A stretch of 47,215 nt of DNA, taken from positions 1 through 47,215 of the forward strand of contig JBHICG010000022.1 in the NCBI GenBank assembly GCA_046759445.1, given 5' to 3'. Every line of letters begins with the position of its first letter. Position 1 is the stretch's first letter. The notes beneath the pieces were generated by a model. It saw only the letters and a list, made by a program, of their open reading frames with translations. It did not search any database and was not told the DNA's origin. Position numbers and translations under genes: made by a program. Positions 36,780 through 46,236 of this stretch are shown one piece after another. Origin of the DNA: Candidatus Scalinduaceae bacterium. GTDB lineage: Bacteria > Planctomycetota > Brocadiia > Brocadiales > Scalinduaceae.

Positions 36780-37913
36780 TTACATTCTAACAGGAACTAA
36801 AGATGAAATGGTCTCAATTACCTTCCTGAAATTTGTGTTTCTGACATATTTCCAGTCAGGCTCTTTGATCTCCTTTTCAGGCATTGTAATATTATTTATA
36901 ATTGGCAAGCCCTTAAGACCCTTTGCCAACTTAAAGGAACGTGTCCTTCCAGATGCCTCACCTCCAGGCATTACGTCTGTTGCAAAATCCAGAGCTACCT
37001 GCACATTATCGAAAATCTTAGTTGTTGCCTTTCTGCCTGCTTTAAAGTTCCCGATTGTTGCATCCGGTATAATCTCAATAGAATTTAAACCCGCAAACAT
37101 TACGTCTTCCCCAACATGAATTATGCTCTTCGGAACCCCCTTTACAATATCTTCAACCACTGCATCCTTAAGGATTTTCTTAAATAAATGCTTAACTCTG
37201 CCAATCCCCCCATTAGGCTTTGCTTCACCTTCGCGTGTATAGACGCCAAACGTTAATCCACTTGCAACGTTCTTAAAGAAACTGGAAAATGTCTTTACCA
37301 GACCAACTTTCCTGCCCTCTTTTATCTTACCATGATTATCCACATATTTGATCTTAGCGCCCATACCAATATCCTGCACTACATTCAAGAGGTTACTGCC
37401 TGTGTCCTTCAAATCTTTTCCAATTCGTTTCGAAAACCTGCTATGGTCATAATTATTATCAATTACGTCAGATGACTTATTTACAAAGAAATTGTCACCG
37501 CCTGGATTTGATAATAATTGATCCTCCCTGTAAACTGTATATTGCCGTAAAACAGAAGACTTTGGTGGCTTTATATAATTTGCGTTTTGTATACGCATAT
37601 CAGGGAGATGCCTTGTCACATTCATGTCTTTAGGTTCTATAAAATTATGAGTACTAAATATATTTATGTGAAATAATTCTTCATTGGTACTGTTACCGAA
37701 GGGGCATGACCATAATTTGTTGGCAGATCCAAGTAAAAATATTATGGTTAAAGCTACAAGAGATATGAAACGTAAATGAGGGAAAAAAGAAAAGCAGTGA
37801 CTTCTTAATTGTGATAAAACGTAATGTAATAACATTTTAAAACCTCTTTTATTGGCCGTTATAAAACACAGCACATAGGAGGTGCTGGCTTTGCCTGGTA
37901 TAGTTGCAACCAC
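36780..37913 (-). CDS. Hypothetical, probably exported protein (start uncertain, likely downstream of 37913)
   Basis: 377-codon ORF; hydrophobic signal-like stretch ISLVALTIIFLLG; no recognised motif. Confidence 0.7.
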   Translation of the reverse strand: MVATIPGKASTSYVLCFITANKRGFKMLLHYVLSQLRSHCFSFFPHLRFISLVALTIIFLLGSANKLWSCPFGNSTNEELFHINIFSTHNFIEPKDMNVTRHLPDMRIQNANYIKPPKSSVLRQYTVYREDQLLSNPGGDNFFVNKSSDVIDNNYDHSRFSKRIGKDLKDTGSNLLNVVQDIGMGAKIKYVDNHGKIKEGRKVGLVKTFSSFFKNVASGLTFGVYTREGEAKPNGGIGRVKHLFKKILKDAVVEDIVKGVPKSIIHVGEDVMFAGLNSIEIIPDATIGNFKAGRKATTKIFDNVQVALDFATDVMPGGEASGRTRSFKLAKGLKGLPIINNITMPEKEIKEPDWKYVRNTNFRKVIETISSLVPVRM

Positions 37914-38372
37914 ATCCTCATAAACAGGATTTAAGTCAATATGTTTGCTTCCGTGCTTTTTTTGGCTAGATTGCCTTCCCAGGCTTAAGTAAATGCTTTT
38001 TTATAATCGCAAACAGAATGCCAATTTATTATGTTTGAAGTACTCATAGCATAGACCCATAAGTGGAGAGAGGTGGGGAGGTTTGACGTTATTCTTGTTA
38101 TACAGTACGATATATATTAATGTCTTATAAAGAAACAATCGAAGTCAAAATGAATTAGTTCGAAATGAACCTAAGGAAGCAGGGAGAATAGACAATATGG
38201 TTTTTTGCTTGCTTACAGTTGAGAGGCAAGACGTAATTATGGTTTAAATAATTGAAACTTACAGTGACTATAGATCCTGTGTTTATGTAATTTGCGCTAT
38301 AACTTTTAAGCATCGAATAGTAAGGATTCACAAAATTATGAAAATGAAAGTTCCTTAGTTCATAGAAGCTCG

Positions 38373-38400
38373 TTGACATTTAAGTTTGTTTTACTAGAAT
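38373..38400 (+). promoter_or_regulatory. Sigma70-type promoter, possibly giving a leaderless mRNA
   Basis: TTGACA-16 nt-TAGAAT with 7 nt before ATG 38408. Confidence 0.55.
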
Positions 38401-38407
38401 CCGTAAT

Positions 38408-39538
38408 ATGCCTGTTAACAAAGCAACCCTTATTATTGCAGATAGTGAAAGTGATTCTGATATGTTCTATACCACGGGTTTTCTGGCGTCAGATCCTTTT
38501 GTTTATATCCAGAAGGGTGAAGAAAAGATTATGGTTGCAAGTGACCTGGAGATAGACCGTGCAAGGTCTCAGTCCAGGGTGGATAAAGTGCTTCCACTCT
38601 CTAAATACGAAGGAATTGTCAGGCAAAGGGGAGTCAAATATCCTGGGCTTATCGATGTTGTTGTAGCCGTGCTCAGAGAAATGAAAATAAAGAGTATTTT
38701 GGTTCCTTCAAATTTCAGTATTGTGTATGCTGATTACCTAAGAAAAAAAGGTTTTAAACTCAGGGTTAAGGAAGAACCATTCTTTGAATCAAGAGAGATA
38801 AAGAATAAAAGGGAGATAGGTTACATTGTCAAAACCCTGCGTGAAACTGAAAGGGTCCTTAGTATGGCAATTGATTACGTTAGGAAATCGAATATTAGAG
38901 GAGGTTTTTTATATACTAAGGGTGGACGTCGGATTACGTCTGAGTCAATAAGGAAGTTAATAGATGTGACATTGATGAAGAAGGGGTGTATTGCCAAGCA
39001 CACAATAGTATCCTGTGGAGAGGAGTCTTGCGAGCCACATAATGTAGGAAGTGGTCCATTGAGGGCTAATGAATCAATCATTTTTGATGTCTTTCCGAAA
39101 GATGAGCAGACAGGTTATTATGCAGACATAAGCAGGACTATCGTAAGAGGTAGAGCCCCGGGTGCATTAAAGAAAATGTATAAAGCCGTTGCTTCTGCTC
39201 AAAAGCAGGTTTTCAAGCTTGCCAAGAATGGCGCCAAGGGAGAAGCTATACATAACAAAGTTATGAAATACTTAAAGACTTCAGGTTTCAAGACTGGAAA
39301 GATCAAAGGGAAAATGAGTGGTTTCTTTCACGGAACCGGTCATGGTGTTGGCCTGGAAGTTCACGAAACCCCACGAATTTCCAAGGCGAGCTTTACGTTG
39401 AAGACCGGGAATATAGTCACTGTTGAGCCAGGACTTTATTATCCTGGTATAGGTGGTGTAAGGCTTGAAGATATGATACTTATTACGGATGATGGATGTA
39501 TAAATCTGACCGAATTTCCTAAGGTACTTGAAGTATAG
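38408..39538 (+). CDS. Xaa-Pro peptidase (M24B)
   Basis: PH, FDVFP, YYADISRT, HGTGHGVGLEVHE, TVEPGLY, GVRLED. Confidence 0.95.
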   Translation: MPVNKATLIIADSESDSDMFYTTGFLASDPFVYIQKGEEKIMVASDLEIDRARSQSRVDKVLPLSKYEGIVRQRGVKYPGLIDVVVAVLREMKIKSILVPSNFSIVYADYLRKKGFKLRVKEEPFFESREIKNKREIGYIVKTLRETERVLSMAIDYVRKSNIRGGFLYTKGGRRITSESIRKLIDVTLMKKGCIAKHTIVSCGEESCEPHNVGSGPLRANESIIFDVFPKDEQTGYYADISRTIVRGRAPGALKKMYKAVASAQKQVFKLAKNGAKGEAIHNKVMKYLKTSGFKTGKIKGKMSGFFHGTGHGVGLEVHETPRISKASFTLKTGNIVTVEPGLYYPGIGGVRLEDMILITDDGCINLTEFPKVLEV

Positions 39539-39670
39539 ATATAAAAAACGTCAAAGATGAAAAAGTTGTGTACTCGTCTTGTATAATTTGTTTTTGAGAA
39601 CCAATTTAGTGGGTTTGTTAATTAGCAACTGAAAAAAGGTTAATTTAATGTATAGTCTTTCAATGTTTAC

Positions 39671-39807
39671 AGATTCCCGATCAAGTCCGGGTGTGATTCT
39701 GTCTGTCCTTCGGACAGTTTAGCAGAATCACCTAAGCAAATCCGCTTTTGCGGAATTGCCAATGACATTCCTGGTCAAATGTGTCATTCCCGCGAAAGCG
39801 GGAATCT
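39671..39807. repeat. RS3-like ATTCCC-N8-GGGAAT repeat pair, one unit interrupted
   Basis: TGTCATTCCCGCGAAAGCGGGAATCT (39782-39807) and AGATTCCCGATCAAGTCCGGG[insert]AATGACA. Confidence 0.7.
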
Positions 39808-39916
39808 AACTCATTGTATTACGTTGAAAATAAGTTTCGTTAGATATATCATTGAAGGTAATCATTTTTCATCGGAATCATAACTGACCAAACTTCATAA
39901 AGGGTATAATATAGTA

Positions 39917-40405
39917 GTGCTGTATTTCTTGAAATGTAGACTTCGAAGAGTAAAACGGTGGTTGATAATGCTGGCAATTATTTCTGGAATAGCCGCTAAC
40001 TTTATTTCCTGTAAAAAATCTGAGGAAATAGAGGTTGAAGAGATACGTGCATACATGTCAGAAGAGGAGAGTCTTGGAGCCGCCATGAAAAAGACATCCA
40101 GAGATGTCAGGCGATTAGCAAGAGCCGTAGAGTCCAGGGATTGGATTGAAATGGAGATGTGGGCAAATGAACTGAAACAAGGTATCGGTGTTAGTTGTGT
40201 TAATCTGTATATAAAAAATCACCCCGGTGCTTCGGGTGATTTTATTATATTGGGTGACAGATTTTATAATACCGTACACAGGTTGATTTTATCTTGTAAA
40301 GACCATGACTCACAGATTGCAGATGCTGAATTTAAGAAGATGATAAAGTCTTGTGATGATTGTCATGAAGGATATAAAAAGAAAGGAAAAGAGAAGGAAG
40401 GATGA
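39917..40405 (+). CDS. Monoheme class II (four-helix) cytochrome c, probable lipoprotein
   Basis: Signal ending FISC; helical body; C-terminal CDDCH. Start uncertain (39917, 39950 or 39968). Confidence 0.78.
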   Translation: MLYFLKCRLRRVKRWLIMLAIISGIAANFISCKKSEEIEVEEIRAYMSEEESLGAAMKKTSRDVRRLARAVESRDWIEMEMWANELKQGIGVSCVNLYIKNHPGASGDFIILGDRFYNTVHRLILSCKDHDSQIADAEFKKMIKSCDDCHEGYKKKGKEKEG

Positions 40406-40493
40406 CATAACGCAGTAGATGGTTAACAAAATGAATGTTGTTAAATCAAGATGCTAATATTCATTAAAGTATGGAATATCCTAATGGTATAAA

Positions 40494-40602
40494 AATTCGA
40501 AGCACGAAGTCCTAAAGACGAAACAATATCTAATGTCGTTCAATTCTTTGAATTGCCTTAATCCAAAACATCTCGCTTCGAAAATTGAGGATTTGAATTT
40601 AG
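40494..40602. repeat. Degenerate 7-mer array (AAATTCG AAGCACG...)
   Basis: AAATTCGAAGCACGAA matches the 7805-7830 array; complementary-like arm CGCTTCGAA..GGATTTGAATTT. Confidence 0.5.
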
Positions 40603-40648
40603 TGTTTTTCAGTCCAGAGGTTTTAAACAATTATGTAACTCTTTCTGT

Positions 40649-40906
40649 TCATTCCTCAGCCTCTTCTTCAGTGGTTTCAGCAGCTTCTTCCTCAGCCTCT
40701 TCTGCAACCCCTTCCTCTTCATGCGCTTCTTCAGCAGTTGCCTCCACGGGTACTTCTTTTTTATTTATCGAGCTGAGAAGACTTCCCGCACATACAAGAA
40801 AGGCGGCAACTGATAAAATAAATATGAGGACGCAGAATAAACCACCTATCTTTCGTACAAAATCTTTTGTCATTATGTCGTCTAGCTTTTTTAAAAGTTC
40901 ATCCAT
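40649..40906 (-). CDS. Small membrane protein with acidic Glu/Ala tail
   Basis: GGAG RBS, one TM helix, EEAHEEEGVAEEAEEE tail. Confidence 0.75.
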   Translation of the reverse strand: MDELLKKLDDIMTKDFVRKIGGLFCVLIFILSVAAFLVCAGSLLSSINKKEVPVEATAEEAHEEEGVAEEAEEEAAETTEEEAEE

Positions 40907-41276
40907 TTGTATTTCTCCTAATTTACTCTGACAATCCTAAAAGTTGTAAAAATTATACATACTTAACAATAAAATTCAAGGAATAATTAGTTTAACTTTT
41001 AGGAAAGAAAATAGGTGTATGAGCCATACTTAAAGCAGGAAAATGTAGAAAAGACATTACTTGTTTGTTTTTGTTAAGACTAAGATATGTAAAATATGTT
41101 TTATAAAAGACTTATGCTTGATGATTGCATAAAAGTGTAAAGTTGTGTTGTTATGAAACTATTGAAATATGATTGATTATAAAGCAGATAAAGGGAAAAG
41201 TGTTGATTGTGAGAATCGTTTTGTTTATAAGGGTATGGCTACTGGATTACATACAAAATTTGAAAGGAGGGTAAAG

Positions 41277-41630
41277 GTGAAAATAATTAGATTACTTGTT
41301 TTTGGAATCTTAATATCTTGCTGTTCAACAATTTTTGCTCAAAAGAGGGATGTTTTTGTCAGGCTTAAACACGGTCTTCCTAACATTTTAAAAGTAACAA
41401 ACGTAAGGATATATTCGGATAGTCCAACGTCGGCAAAAATAAGCGTCTGGATAAATGTTAAGAAGGGAAAAATAGTAAGCGTAAGCCGTGGCGGTGGCGA
41501 CTGGATAATTACGTTACGTACGCGTGGTGAGGTGTCCACATACGTTGTCTCAGAGAAATCTTTTAGGATAGCTGGAGAAGGGTCCAAGGCCGTAAAAATA
41601 AGGGCTATGCACTTTGCAGAAAGCAGTTGA
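41277..41630 (+). CDS. Hypothetical exported beta-rich protein
   Basis: AAGGAGG RBS before GTG 41277; signal peptide ending IFA. Confidence 0.65.
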   Translation: MKIIRLLVFGILISCCSTIFAQKRDVFVRLKHGLPNILKVTNVRIYSDSPTSAKISVWINVKKGKIVSVSRGGGDWIITLRTRGEVSTYVVSEKSFRIAGEGSKAVKIRAMHFAESS

Positions 41631-41683
41631 GATACCTCTGGAAGATGCAATTATTTCAGACTATCGGTTAAATTAATAATTTT

Positions 41684-41917
41684 ATGAAACTGCATACTGT
41701 TCAAGTAAATGCATACGCAGGATATAAGGCAGAAGAAAGGCCTCTAAGTTTTATCTTTAAAGGGAAAGAGTGCATAGTTGAGGAGATAATTTGCCAAACT
41801 TATGAAGAAAATAATATTGAAGGGCTGAAAAGAAGATATACCGTAAAAACAGATGAAGGACTTGTATTTAAATTACACTATTATGAAGATCAAGACCAAT
41901 GGTTTTTAGAAGAGTAA
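41684..41917 (+). CDS. Small conserved-looking hypothetical protein
   Basis: YAGYKAEERP.SF...V.E....Y.VKT..G..F.L.Y....WFL pattern (DUF6504-like). Confidence 0.7.
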   Translation: MKLHTVQVNAYAGYKAEERPLSFIFKGKECIVEEIICQTYEENNIEGLKRRYTVKTDEGLVFKLHYYEDQDQWFLEE

Positions 41918-42058
41918 AAGTTAGATGATTCTAAAATATCGGGGTTAAATTAGTTCATTGTGATTTCTGTTTTTTTGATGATAAACCTTTATCTAAAATT
42001 GTGCCATATACCGAATAATCATTCCAACTGTGACAGGTATAGAGTTTTGATAATTAGT

Positions 42059-42730
42059 TTAGTCTTTCTTTTTTTCCCTTAATGATTCAATAACTTCATC
42101 AATAATCCCGTATTCTTTGGCTTCCTGTGCAGACATATAGAAGTCTCTGTCAAAGTCTTTTTCAACCTTATCTATTGGTTGGCTACTGTGTTTTACAAGT
42201 ATTTCATTAAGGCTCTTCTTCATGTACATTATTTCTTCTGCCTGGATACTGATGTCTGTCGCTGTTCCGCTGGTTCCTCCCCATGGCTGATGCAACATTA
42301 TTCTTGTGTGAGGTAAGCTATATCTCTTACCCTTAGTGCCTGCGGCCATAAGTACTGCACCCATACTAAATGCCTGACCAACACAAAAGGTAGCAACATC
42401 ACATTGAACGAATTGCATTGTGTCATAGATCGCAAGACCTGCCGTAATTGAACCACCAGGAGAGTTTATATAAATGTTTATATCCTGGTTTTTATTTTCG
42501 TTTTGCAAAAATAGCATTTGAGCTATTACAAGATTTGAGATGGTGTCTTCTATTGGGGTGCCAATGAATATTATTCGGTCTTTGAGTAATCTGGAGAATA
42601 TATCGTAATGTCTTTCCCCATAGCCTGATTTTTCTACTACGTACGGAACAAATTGATTTTTGTAATTTTTATTTAACATATCATAAAATTTCTTGTATGA
42701 ATAATCATTCATGTTAAAATCCTTGACCAT
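42059..42730 (-). CDS. clpP: ATP-dependent Clp protease proteolytic subunit
   Basis: [25 protein letters not shown] (Ser), MLHQP (His), DRD. Confidence 0.97.
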   Translation of the reverse strand: MVKDFNMNDYSYKKFYDMLNKNYKNQFVPYVVEKSGYGERHYDIFSRLLKDRIIFIGTPIEDTISNLVIAQMLFLQNENKNQDINIYINSPGGSITAGLAIYDTMQFVQCDVATFCVGQAFSMGAVLMAAGTKGKRYSLPHTRIMLHQPWGGTSGTATDISIQAEEIMYMKKSLNEILVKHSSQPIDKVEKDFDRDFYMSAQEAKEYGIIDEVIESLREKKKD

Positions 42731-42754
42731 CTAAACTCCTCCTAGTTACATTAT

Positions 42755-44053
42755 TTAATCCTTTTCCTGTTTAATTTCTTCTATAGCGGCCTCTTTTATT
42801 AAAAAATCTACCGTCTTACTTTCTTTCATTTGATATCGTAAATTTGACATGCTATCCAGTTTCTCAAGCTGCATACGCATCTTAGAAGGTTCGATACCGT
42901 ACATACTGGCTAACATGTTAATCCTTTTATTAACATCCGTTTCTGTTACAAATATTTTTTCTTTTTCTGCTATACGTTCAAGAACAAGAGATAGTTTGAA
43001 ATCTCTAACAACAGACTCTTCAGAGGCATTTTTGAGATTTTCCAAATCTTTTTGTATTTCTTCCAATGGTGTTCCTTTATTTAAAAGTTCGATTTGGTAC
43101 TTGTGAAGTCTTTTATTTGACTGGCTTTCAATCAAATCTTCTGGTAAATCAAAATTGGCCATTTCCAAGAGGTTCTTATAAATTTGTTCACGCAAGTCGT
43201 TATCTACCTGTGCCTTCTTCTCTGTTTCTAATCTTTTTGACAAGAACTCCTTCAATGCACCGAGTGAATCATAGCCAATTTGTTTTGCCAATTCATCGTT
43301 TATCTCAGGGATATCGGGTCTTTTAATTTCCTTTAGCGATAATTCTAACTCGGCGGGTTTGTGTCTGTACTGCTCTACAGGAAAATTCTCTCCTAACTCT
43401 ACTTTTATGGAGTGCTTTTCTCTTGACCTGGTGCCTAAAAGATTTTTCTTCAGATCTGGTACATTGATACCTGCTACGGTAGTACCTGATACCGTAATTT
43501 CCAGATCTTCATCCTTCCATACTGCTTTGCTTTCAACTCTAACTTCACAATCACATATAATATAGTCGCCATCTTCTACTTTACCATCATCCACAATAAT
43601 TAGTTGAGCTCTTTGTCTGCTCATAGCCTTCAAGGCATTGTCCATGTCTTCGTTCGTAATTGATACGGGCTTTTTCTTCAGTTGCATCCCTTTGTATTCT
43701 CCCAGCTCAAATGTTGGTAAAACTTCCATTTTAACATCAAAGTTCAGGGGTTTTCCCAATTCAAGCTTGATATTGCCCATTTCTGGTTCACCTACGGGCG
43801 ATAGCTTGTTTTTTTCAATTGCTTCCTGATATGTATCGTTGACTATGGTTTGTTTTACCTGGTCCATAATTCGGTCATTGTACTTTCTTTCAATGAGCTT
43901 TTTAGGCGCTTTGCCTTTTCTGAAACCTGGTAAATTTGCCATTTTACATAGCTCATTCAATTGCTTTTGCCACTCAACTTCTATTTTTTCCTTTGGTATC
44001 TCAATCTTAAGCAATTTTTTGCACGGGCCTATTTCTTCAATTTTTACATTCAT
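42755..44053 (-). CDS. tig: Trigger factor
   Basis: LPGFRKGKAP ribosome-binding motif; 432 aa; located upstream of clpP. Confidence 0.96.
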   Translation of the reverse strand: MNVKIEEIGPCKKLLKIEIPKEKIEVEWQKQLNELCKMANLPGFRKGKAPKKLIERKYNDRIMDQVKQTIVNDTYQEAIEKNKLSPVGEPEMGNIKLELGKPLNFDVKMEVLPTFELGEYKGMQLKKKPVSITNEDMDNALKAMSRQRAQLIIVDDGKVEDGDYIICDCEVRVESKAVWKDEDLEITVSGTTVAGINVPDLKKNLLGTRSREKHSIKVELGENFPVEQYRHKPAELELSLKEIKRPDIPEINDELAKQIGYDSLGALKEFLSKRLETEKKAQVDNDLREQIYKNLLEMANFDLPEDLIESQSNKRLHKYQIELLNKGTPLEEIQKDLENLKNASEESVVRDFKLSLVLERIAEKEKIFVTETDVNKRINMLASMYGIEPSKMRMQLEKLDSMSNLRYQMKESKTVDFLIKEAAIEEIKQEKD

Positions 44054-44117
44054 TTTGTTTAAGTTATTTAATACAAAATTTATGGAATACTTACATGGTT
44101 TTCATATATTGTCTTAA

Positions 44118-44189
44118 AGCGGGTGATGGGGTTCGAACCCACGACATTCACGTTGGCAACGTGACGCTCTACCACTGAGCTACACCCGC
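44118..44189 (-). tRNA. tRNA-Gly(GCC)
   Basis: GCGGGTGTAGCTCAGTGGTAGAGC-G-TCACG TT GCC AA CGTGA..GGTTCGAACCC; CCA not encoded. Confidence 0.97.
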
Positions 44190-44214
44190 TTAATATAACT
44201 TAATTATAAATTAT

Positions 44215-44385
44215 ACCTAAATTGAGAGATTTTATATTATATATTACTGTAGCCGCAGTGCTTAAGTCCCGTAGATATTAGCAACGGGATAAGCCTGCGT
44301 TTCTCATCACCTGATGGGTATATGAAGATTTCACGTAAGTTACACAACCTAAAGGTTGCGGCTACACAAATCGCTCAATTTAGAT
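44215..44385 (-). mobile_element. MITE-like element, copy 2, lying between the two tRNAs
   Basis: Terminal repeats ACCTAAATTGAGAGATTT / AAATCGCTCAATTTAGAT; 62-bp core identical (inverted) to 33351-33412. Confidence 0.8.
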
Positions 44386-44424
44386 TATAATTAACAGTTA
44401 AGGATTTACAATATATTTTTATTT

Positions 44425-44509
44425 TGGTGCGAGAGGGGGGAGTCGAACCCCCACACCTTGCGGTACTAGATCCTAAGTCTAGCGCGTCTGCCAGTTCCGC
44501 CACCCTCGC
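44425..44509 (-). tRNA. tRNA-Leu(TAG)
   Basis: GCGAGGGTGGCGGAACTGGCAGACGCG-CTAGA CT TAG GA TCTAG, long variable arm, GGTTCGACTCC, ACCA end. Confidence 0.97.
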
Positions 44510-44768
44510 AAGGAATGTTCTTGAAGTATATCTCTTTCATGTCATGCAAGAGCCAAATCACTGAATTATCGGTTAAAAAAGAATTTAATAGCTTTTACCA
44601 ATTTTTAAGTATGGTTTCAAGTAAGAAATCCTGTTTGATGAAATTGGCGATTTCTTAAAGATTCTTGTTGTCTTTACTGCGTATTGTTACTTTAACTCAA
44701 AATTAATCAATCCTGGTTTCTATTATTACATTTTAATTCAATATTGCCAATCAAGATGTTGGATACAT

Positions 44769-46160
44769 TCAGGACGACCAATGTTTTATTCCTGAGCCAT
44801 CCAATTTGGAATTAAGTTGCTTAACCAGAGACTTCATTTCGTCAAATGTATCATAATCGATACCCATTCCATGAATAGCAAAGGTGCTTTTGTTGTGGCA
44901 AAGGGGCTCATTCTCAATTTGCGGACAGAGCTTGGATGCTCTCTTAAATTCCTCCGTACCAGGGACAGGCGAATATTCAGCCAGTTTTATTCTGGCGCCT
45001 AGTTTATTTACATATTCCATAGCTTCCACCACTTCATCAACTGTCTGCTCTGGAAGCCCCGCAAGGATATATACACCAATGTCCCATGTGGAATACCTAT
45101 CCCTGGCGAAGCTGTTCTGAACATCTTCCACCTCTCGCAGACAATACAAAGCATTTTCAAGTTCCTGGCCGTTAACCTTATACCTGGAAGCCTGTTGTAT
45201 GATTCTGGATGTACCTTCAAAACCCATCCTTATCGTCTTGAAACCAACCTTCCATAGTAAACGAGCTAACGGAAGGTCTATATATCTCGGATGTAGTCCA
45301 TTAGGGGTATGGTATTGTGCTGGCAACCCTTTCTCAATCAACGACTCCAGTATGGGCATTATGTGCCTTTCAGAATTTACGAGCAGGGCATCGTCATAAA
45401 AGGCTATGTCCTTTACGCCCATTGTTGCAACGTATCTTTCTATCTCGGACACTACCTTTTCTGAATTCCTGAGGATAAAACTTGACTCGAAGCGAAACGA
45501 GGCGCAATAGGTACATCGAAAGGGACAACCCCTTGAAGTGAGGATGCTAATTGCATTAAGTTTGGGGTAAAGCTCATAGGCAGGTGACATTTCATCTTCT
45601 AACCATTTCCTGAGTTGGCTATAGTTACGCCTTTTACCGCTGAGATTATCTGCCAGCTTCAGCACCTCGAGTTCGCCAGCCCCCTGGATGACATAATCCG
45701 CACCAGAGTTATCCGCTGCATGTTTGTAGCAAAGGGTGGCGTAGATACCTCCCAGGGCAATAGGTACAGAAGGAAAGACTGTTTTTACCATTCTTATTAC
45801 TTCAAAGACCCCTGGATACCAGTATGTCATGTGAGACGTCACGCACACCAGTAATGGCTTTGGTATCTTCTTTAGTCTGTTCTGAAATTCCTCAGGTGAC
45901 ATCCCATAGCGTTTGTAACGTCTGGGAATGTCTTTAAATATGGATGGTTTTTCTATTTCCTGTGAGTGAAAAAATCCCGTTCCATAAGGTTGCTGCTTCA
46001 GTGGACGTCCATAATTGTGAAGGCAATCTATCATGTTTACGTTGTATCCGAAACGATGCAGGGTTGATGCAACGTAGAGGAGACCAAGAGGTTTTGCCCA
46101 TAGATTGAAGGCAGTGAAATCATGAATCCATGAATTTATGAGTAGTATCCTATTTTTCAT
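44769..46160 (-). CDS. B12-binding radical SAM protein
   Basis: PLGLLY, GGIYATL, GAGE, TSRGCPFRCTYC, FYDDA, TPNG. Confidence 0.92.
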   Translation of the reverse strand: MKNRILLINSWIHDFTAFNLWAKPLGLLYVASTLHRFGYNVNMIDCLHNYGRPLKQQPYGTGFFHSQEIEKPSIFKDIPRRYKRYGMSPEEFQNRLKKIPKPLLVCVTSHMTYWYPGVFEVIRMVKTVFPSVPIALGGIYATLCYKHAADNSGADYVIQGAGELEVLKLADNLSGKRRNYSQLRKWLEDEMSPAYELYPKLNAISILTSRGCPFRCTYCASFRFESSFILRNSEKVVSEIERYVATMGVKDIAFYDDALLVNSERHIMPILESLIEKGLPAQYHTPNGLHPRYIDLPLARLLWKVGFKTIRMGFEGTSRIIQQASRYKVNGQELENALYCLREVEDVQNSFARDRYSTWDIGVYILAGLPEQTVDEVVEAMEYVNKLGARIKLAEYSPVPGTEEFKRASKLCPQIENEPLCHNKSTFAIHGMGIDYDTFDEMKSLVKQLNSKLDGSGIKHWSS

Positions 46161-46236
46161 ATCTTAACCAAGATTGGCTGATATAAAATCAGATGGTAAA
46201 AATTGTTACCAGTATTAAGTATAAGGACTAAAAAAT

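Noticed and set aside
40533..40931. 132-aa Ser-rich plus-strand ORF
   Set aside because: It is the antisense shadow of the Glu/Ala-rich gene, which has the RBS and TM helix.
44118..44509. Prophage or island integrated at the tRNAs
   Set aside because: No integrase and no duplicated tRNA 3' end found in the window.
933..45854. Numerous 60-150 aa ORFs antisense or out of frame within long genes
   Set aside because: They are shadow ORFs of well-supported CDSs with no independent motifs.
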